NCBI GenBank assembly: GCA_003990765.1
Contig: RBNJ01000007.1
Span: forward strand, 47,348-67,347
Length of the DNA: 20,000 nt
Direction: 5' to 3'
DNA from: Jimgerdemannia flammicorona
Lineage: Eukaryota
A program made the position numbers and the translations under genes. Under the pieces are notes generated by a model that was not told where the DNA came from, ran no database searches, and was given only the letters and a program-made list of their open reading frames with translations. Of this stretch, positions 13,907-20,000 are shown piece after piece. How positions within the stretch are numbered: position 1 is the first letter of the stretch; every line of letters begins with the position of its first letter.

Positions 13907-14899
13907 TTACATTCCACCGATAATCCTCCTGCTGCCTTCCTCTCTAACTGTCCTTACCATCTTTTCCACTGTCTCGAGATCGCCCTCGCCGCCTCGATAA
14001 TCCAACCAGAACCTCGTCTGGCCGATCCGATCCTGTCCCTCCTTCTCGAAGGCCTTACGCTTCACGCGCCATGTGAGGAACATATCCTTGCTGGTTGGCC
14101 TGAGGTCCCTCAGCTGCAATGTCGTGTGCACCGGCCGCGCGAGCAGATTAAGCGTCTCGAGCGTGACGGTCGTGCTGGGCGTGATAGCCGTAGGGCGTGG
14201 GGTGGTAGTGGAAAGTGGCGTGTCGCTGCGAGCGGCCGGCGAGGTGTCGGTGTGGAGGTACAGGTGGGTGATGTAAGGAGAAACAAAGTACTGCAGGAAA
14301 GCGGTAGAGCACGAGCTAGCGACCAGGGCTGCAACAAGATGGAGTAAGATGACGTGGCGAATGATGGATTCTGGAGATTGAGATCATGTTGCATAAGGAG
14401 CGATTGCTACGATTGAAACAGGCGGGACATCGAAGAGGTGGCGAGAGGTAATGAAATGGATCAGGCTTACCACCAAGGAACATATATCCACCGATGTCCG
14501 TGGCCTGAACTACGCAAAAGAATGCCGAATGTCGAGAGAAAATGTGAATGGAGGCGAACACGGCTGCGTAGCAAATGTATGTCTTTCTGCCCATGTGGAT
14601 ACGTACTAGCTGGGGACTCCCATAAGTACCATAACACAGGAGATGAAGTCAATGACACCTAGAAAACGGATTCAGCGATCAAAATAATGACATGGCCGAG
14701 AACAAGCGATCCAAACATAATCGAGGCATATGCGACCGAGTACCCCCAAAGTGCTGATCGAGAACGCCTTCAGTATGCGAACGGTGATGGCATTTGGTGC
14801 GGTATATATTAGGCGAGGCTCTCCTGATTTCGAAACGGCACGATGAAGGTAGCGGAAGTGAAGTGGCGGGTGGTTTGTCAGGGTTCGAAGTAGCAGCAT
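13907..14899 (-). CDS. TMEM70/TMEM186/TMEM223-family mitochondrial inner-membrane protein, ~222 aa. Exons 14899-14744, 14658-14607, 14509-14471, 14328-13907
   Basis: Basic presequence-like N-terminus, then PRLIYTAPNAITVRILKAFSISTLGVSLTSSPVLWYL...YMFLGALVASSCSTAFLQYFVSPYITHLYLH...LETLNLLARPVHTTL...FLTW. This matches the TMEM70-family pattern with two hydrophobic helices. The first donor (GTACTC) is weak. Confidence 0.72.
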
Positions 14900-14967
14900 C
14901 CTGAAGAGAACAAGCGTCGAAAGCTTCAGCCACGTGATGATAATTTTGGGGGCTTTTCTCACGTGTA

Positions 14968-15391
14968 CAGTCTGGCGAATCTATAAACCACACCACGCGA
15001 CTAAATAGTGTGGCTGCCGCCAAAATCCTGGGTCATGGATACGTCATCAAAATAGTCATGTGCTTGTCAATGATTGGGTAAAATAATACTTATGTCACTA
15101 AAATCATTGGTTTATATAATTCGATACTTATTAAGGCAAATCCAGTACACTAAAGAATATTAAATTTGGATGAATTAATTCAATTCGTTTGGGAGCACTA
15201 GTGCCAAATTTTGACTCAACATAATAAAAATTCTTTTTTTTAACCTTATACATAGAGAGACATAAATAATGATTCTAACTCTGTCAAGTTGTAGTAAAAT
15301 CAAGCAGAGAATCATTCTACAGAATTAGTATTTTTAATATATTTTTCAAAGTTCACCAAAATTTATTGAGGTTTATAGATTCGCCGGACTG
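14968..15391. mobile_element. MITE / non-autonomous Tc1-mariner (pogo-like) DNA transposon, 424 bp
   Basis: 22-bp TIRs CAGTCTGGCGAATCTATAAACC (14968-14989) and GGTTTATAGATTCGCCGGACTG (15370-15391), 21/22 match. TA on both sides (14966-67 and 15392-93). The interior is AT-rich and non-coding. Confidence 0.88.
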
Positions 15392-15881
15392 TACTCTACA
15401 TCCAGTCGCTATACTTCCAAGTTCGAGGGACCATGACACCCTCGGACTCGCTAAGCTGACGGCCCTTATAATCCAAGCCCATGAAATCGAGGCCTTGATT
15501 GAGGCAGGAAATGAGAAGGTTATGTCCGAGTTCGTGGCTGATATGTGATAAGTGAAGCCGAGAATGAGGAAGGAGATTGAGCAGCATGGGTCATATGAGA
15601 TGGTAATCGCGACTGGCGCAGGACGGGCTTTAATTGATGCGTACTGTCTTTCGGAATTGAATATCATCGGATGATCGTGATAGATTCGGCTTCACCCGAA
15701 ATCACGAAAGAAATATATCCGTGCCGAAGAAACGGCCACTGAAGAAACCTTTACACATTCACACTTGCAAGGCAAATGAATATTGCTACATTGAAAGTGA
15801 TAAAGCTCTTCGACGCATGTATTATTAAATCTATGTTCACTTATGACATTGCAGATGCAGATATTCATAAGAATATAAAAC

Positions 15882-18122
15882 ATGGGGTTTTTCAGTAAGA
15901 CAAAAACCAGCTTGACGTCTTCTTCCTACAAAATATTGAATCCAATCATGCCTTCCTCTTCCTCCATTCAAAAATTGTTCAACACAAGCGGGGTCTCTCT
16001 CTCGGGCCCCCCATGGCTTCGCTTTCCTTATCTTCTCTTCTTCTTGATCCTGCTCTCCTCTTATCAATCCTTCGTCGAGGCCACCCTAGCAGAAACTCAT
16101 ATTGTGCAAATCCACCCACGCTACTATGAACCCCATCTCCAGTGGCTGATAGACGATGATTCCTTCTCCCTCTCGTCCGAAGATCATCACTACGCCATCG
16201 GTGATGACTTTCGCGCCTACAGCACCGCCTTGACTGGAGATCAAATCGAGATGCTCAAGAAGAGGCCGGATGTGGTCGAGGTGTGGGAGGATGGGGAATT
16301 TACGGTTCACTTTGAGGAGGATACCGAAATGGATAAGGCAACAGGGAATGCGCATTGGAAACGAAGAAAAAATGACGATGACTATGAAATGCAAAGCGGT
16401 GCATCATGGGTAAGTTTTGATATTGGTAGTGTCGTCATTATCTCTGCCCTGCAAACAACAATGCCACTCACAATCCGTCCGCCCGCAGAATCTTGTTCGC
16501 ATCGCGCAAAGATACCTTCCCCTATCTGAGTTCTACACACTGCCGAAATCGGCCGGAAGAGGAGTAGATGTGTATGTGTTAGACAGGTGCGTTTTTGGCA
16601 TGTCTCTGTTCCTCTTGATCAATTCATGCGACATATGGTCGTTCGCGGGACAACACAATCAACACCGTTCTATTTATTTGCTTACCACCGCAAACATCAC
16701 AAGTGGTATCAACCTGAACCACACCGAATTCCTCAAGTTTGGCCTTTCTCGAGGCACCACGGCCAATCACGAAAGCAGCGAGGAAATCAGTCCCTTTACA
16801 GCCTCGCGAGCCAGGTGGGGTGCCACGGTGATACCACCCGCGAACGCAACCGAGGGTGTGGACAATTCGCTTCCCGACATTGATGAACTAGGACATGGAA
16901 CGCACGTTGCAGGTAGGGATGTGATTGAATTAAGTTAGTCATTTCCAGATTCATTCCTACCTCACATGTGCAAAGTTGTCATCGTAGGCATTATCGGTGG
17001 CAACACCTACGGTGTGGCCAAGGAGGCCAACCTCATCGCCGTCAAAATTTTGGGCAAGAACAAGAGTGGCAAATGGAGTTCGGTGCTGCAAGGACTTTCA
17101 TGGGTCTCTCAGGATGTGGCCAAAAACCGGAAGGAGAATAGGGCGGCGCGTGGGGTGGTTGCCAAGTAAGGCATCGACATTCGTCCTGAGGGGCTATAAT
17201 GTCACTCACCCTTTCTGCCTCTTGTCTCCTGCGCCTATACAAATTGCCGTGCCGATATTGCCTAATTCGACTCAATGCATAACGATAGCCTCAGCCTAGG
17301 CGGCCGCTTCTCCTCGCCCGTGAATGACGCTGTAAAGGCCATCATTGGGATTGGCGTGCACGTGGTAATCGCTGCGGGAAATTTTTACGGGGCGAATGCA
17401 TGCCTCAAAACACCAACAGCAGTGAGAGAAGGTGTGTTACGGATGCCTTCGTCATGGCAATGTGTATGGGTTCTTGTAAAAGAAATTTGGCTCGGATTAT
17501 GGTATTTACAATCGCAAGGTTAAAGTCCAGCTGACTCATGCTGATCGATACCGTTCCCCCCCCCAAAAAAAATGGTATCTACATTGCGAAGCTATCACGA
17601 CCGGTAGCACGAACCTTGAGGATCACATTTCCCTCTTCACAGCTTTGGGTCCTTGCGTCGACATTTTCGCGCCAGGTCAATATTTCGCATGTGGATGAGA
17701 CTTCTTTTTTTTTTTTTTTTTTTTTTTTTCTCTTGGACTGTTGTGGATGAGACTTCTGAACGTCCAATCTTTTATGCACCTACTTACAACCCAAATCAAC
17801 TGTTACCATATTACCCGCAACCATTCCATCCCCAATCTTTACCGCCACACCAACAGGCGAAAGGATTCCCTCGTGCTGGATCGGCTCCCTAACCGCGACT
17901 AAGGTCCTCCGCGGCACGTCCATGTCCTCCCCCCACGTAACCGGGATCATCGCGCTCGTGATCGGCGCGCTGGGCGACCTGGCGCCAGCGATGATGAAAC
18001 AGATCGTGTTGGGGGTCGCGACTGGTGGTGTGGTCAACGGGCCGCTGGAAGGGTCGGGGAACCTGCTGGCGTACAATAAGGTGGAGGTGCAGGAAGAAAT
18101 AGGGCCGGTAGAGAGAACCTGA
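15882..18122 (+). CDS. Subtilisin-like serine protease (peptidase S8, proteinase K-like) with I9-type propeptide, ~501 aa (alternative start 15948). Exons 15882-16409, 16489-16586, 16704-16912, 16988-17165, 17289-17431, 17592-17675, 17857-18122
   Basis: Catalytic triad motifs VDVYVLDSGI, GHGTHVAGII and RGTSMSSPHV; NLSLGG, AAGN oxyanion motif, CVDIFAPG. Prodomain ends LKKRPDVVEVWEDGEF; hydrophobic N-terminal segment. Confidence 0.92.
17690..17757 (-). mobile_element. Severely 5'-truncated non-LTR retroinsertion (12 nt + poly-A) with a 16-bp target-site duplication, in protease intron 6
   Basis: TGTGGATGAGACTTCT at 17690-17705 and 17742-17757 flanks T24-CTCTTGGACTGT (minus strand ACAGTCCAAGAG-A24). 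Confidence 0.75.
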
Positions 18123-18534
18123 TCTTGATGTAGGTAGGAACGAAGTGGCGTGCAGGTCTCTTGACATGCTAAGATCTTCGCTACCATATTCTCTTCAAAA
18201 ACTTTACACGACGATCGTCCACAACAATTGTAATCTGAATCCGATGGCACATGTGCAGTTTTGCTAAATTTGGCATAATTTTTCATAAAGACATCAAACA
18301 CCCCAGAATCCATAGCGCATCGTCCCAGCATACCACGCTGAATGTAATCAACGATGACAATCTTACTCTGATTTCTGCACACGATCAACAATTTCCGCCA
18401 AACAGACACGTTGACAACCTGCATTTATATTAACTATGTAGTGTACTCAGCCCGGCCGTATGCACGCAAACTTCCCCGACAGGATATATGAACACTTTGA
18501 AACCCAGGATCCTGCCGCAGACGACGATGTCAGC

Positions 18535-19591
18535 CTACTCCGAATGGCTGCTTTCTTCGTCGTGTATCGAGGCGGGTTTCAGTACCACGACGCGATCTGG
18601 GAAGGGAGGAAAGAATGGGTGAGAATGGGTGAAAATGTCCGAGTACGAATGTGGCACGCAAGACGGATTTCAAATCATTAAGAAATAGAGTATACGAACG
18701 TTGATGGACCTCAGTCTTGTTCCTCGTGTTACCCGCCTTGTCGACGTACTCGCTGTACATGATCTGGCCCTCGAGATAGACGAGTGCGCTGTGGGAAAAT
18801 GGCGGTCAGGATGGAACGCGCAGATGATCAGGATTAGGATGTGCACATCGTTCTCCCTTACGCCGAGCCAGAGTCACTCAGCGCTGCCGATATCCTTCCT
18901 CCATCGCCTTGTCCTTCGGCGTCATCGTACCAGGATCCTGCATCTCCTTCGAAACTGCATCTCCTTCGAAACTCGAGACATCATGCGTTGAGGTTCCTTT
19001 AAAAAATAAACCTACCCCTTCTTGATCCTATCAGTGGTATGCGGCCGCATGTTCCAGCCAACAATCCTGTGCCACTGGGTTTGCTTTATTGTGTTGCCTG
19101 CGAGGGACGAGAGATTCGGATGAGAACAGGATCATCGCGAATAAGCTCAGAAACTACAGAAACATATTCACAAGCGCAGCGCAACACTTCCATCCCTCCA
19201 TCGTTCCTTTTCTCCGAAATTCCAATGATCAATGCCCACCTTCTTTGTCCTTTCTCATTTCGGACGTGGCGAGCGAGTAGGTGGTAACGGTTTTTTCTTC
19301 GGAGATTTGCTTGACTTCACAGTCCGAGCCAACGTTGCCAATAAGAATGGCCTTGTTGACTTCAGAAGGATAATCAATAGATAATGTTGAATGCAGTTTG
19401 GGGTGATGTGAAATTTTTGGGGAAAATGCGAGGGCAGAACGGAATTTTATACCGTTGGAGCGCGTAGCGACAGATGTGGAGAATGCCTGATTTGAGCAAG
19501 ATAACGGTTAATGAGGGGGTGTTGGCGGTGGGAAAGCGAGGAGATTTTGCGGGAAGCTTACTCGGGATAAGGAGCGGCGAAGGAGAGACAT
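18535..19591 (-). CDS. RIM1: Mitochondrial single-stranded DNA-binding protein, ~138 aa. Exons 19591-19562, 19486-19453, 19359-19240, 19097-19016, 18788-18700, 18596-18535
   Basis: Presequence MSLLRRSLSRAFSTSVATRS, then SSB OB-fold motifs VNKAILIGNVGSD, YSLATSE, TQWHRIVGW, IKKGALVYLEGQIMYSEYVDKAG; GT-AG introns in frame. Confidence 0.92.
18938..18973. repeat. Tandem duplication, 17 bp x2 (CTGCATCTCCTTCGAAA), in RIM1 intron 4
   Basis: Directly visible perfect tandem copy. Confidence 0.85.
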
Positions 19592-19719
19592 GTCGATGAG
19601 AGGTATTTTTTTGAAGAAAGACACGCGTCGTCCAATCGAGGGAATGTGACGGTGCGGTGAGTATTTATCTTTTTGAGACGCGCGTGCCACACGACTGCTC
19701 TTTCTCAATCATTCCGACA
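19592..19719. promoter_or_regulatory. Very short bidirectional promoter RIM1/nicastrin with MCB-like elements
   Basis: 128 bp between ATGs; ACGCGT at 19623-19628, ACGCGCGT at 19678-19685, CCAAT at 19632-19636, TGTGACGG at 19645-19652. Confidence 0.5.
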
Positions 19720-19946
19720 ATGAGGATATTTGCTCTGTTCATACTCGCCGCATTCATCTCATCAACAGGTATACTGCCGTCCACCTCCTGTCCCATCCTT
19801 CCCTCCGATTCCCATCTCATCTCTCCCTCTCCCCGAAGTAAATGCACAGGATATCGCAACAACACTCTATCCTTACATCTACAAAGACCTGAGCACCTGG
19901 CCATGTGTGCGTCTGTTGAATGCCACAGGCACAATCGGATGCCAAT
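19720..19946 (+). CDS. NCSTN: Nicastrin (gamma-secretase subunit), first two exons 19720-19768 and 19839-19946; gene continues beyond the window
   Basis: Spliced product MRIFALFILAAFISSTVNAQDIATTLYPYIYKDLSTWPCVRLLNATGTIGCQ: a signal peptide followed by the nicastrin N-terminal motif PCVRLLNATxxIGCQ. Confidence 0.85.
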
Positions 19947-20000
19947 GTAAGCCTCCGTCGCCAACCTTCACTCTCCCCCCCCCCCCCCCCCCCACCCCCC

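Noticed and set aside
18820-18990. Possible C/D-box snoRNA in RIM1 intron 4 (ATGATGT...CTGA on the minus strand)
   Set aside because: The C box is imperfect, the terminal stem is weak and I recognised no rRNA guide. It would need a snoscan/Infernal hit.

Overview
Gene-dense, intron-rich eukaryotic DNA, most likely from an early-diverging fungus. Mucoromycota is my inference, from fungal-type proteins together with a minor-spliceosome intron and a nicastrin gene. Genes reconstructed by hand with frame-consistent splicing: AMP deaminase (5' part, -), intronless porphobilinogen synthase HEM2 (+), UFD1 (+), purine nucleoside phosphorylase (-), TFIIIC tau95/TFC1 (+), a TMEM70-family mitochondrial membrane protein (-), an S8 subtilisin-like protease (+), mitochondrial SSB/RIM1 (-) and the 5' end of nicastrin (+). 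Most notable: a U12-type AT-AC intron in TFC1 (11977-12068), the gamma-secretase subunit nicastrin in a fungus, and a 424-bp TA-flanked MITE just upstream of the TMEM70-like gene. Also notable are a TSD-flanked poly(A) micro-retroinsertion in a protease intron and a decayed coding island between UFD1 and PNP (~6.1-9.0 kb) containing a codon-preserving 90-bp duplication.
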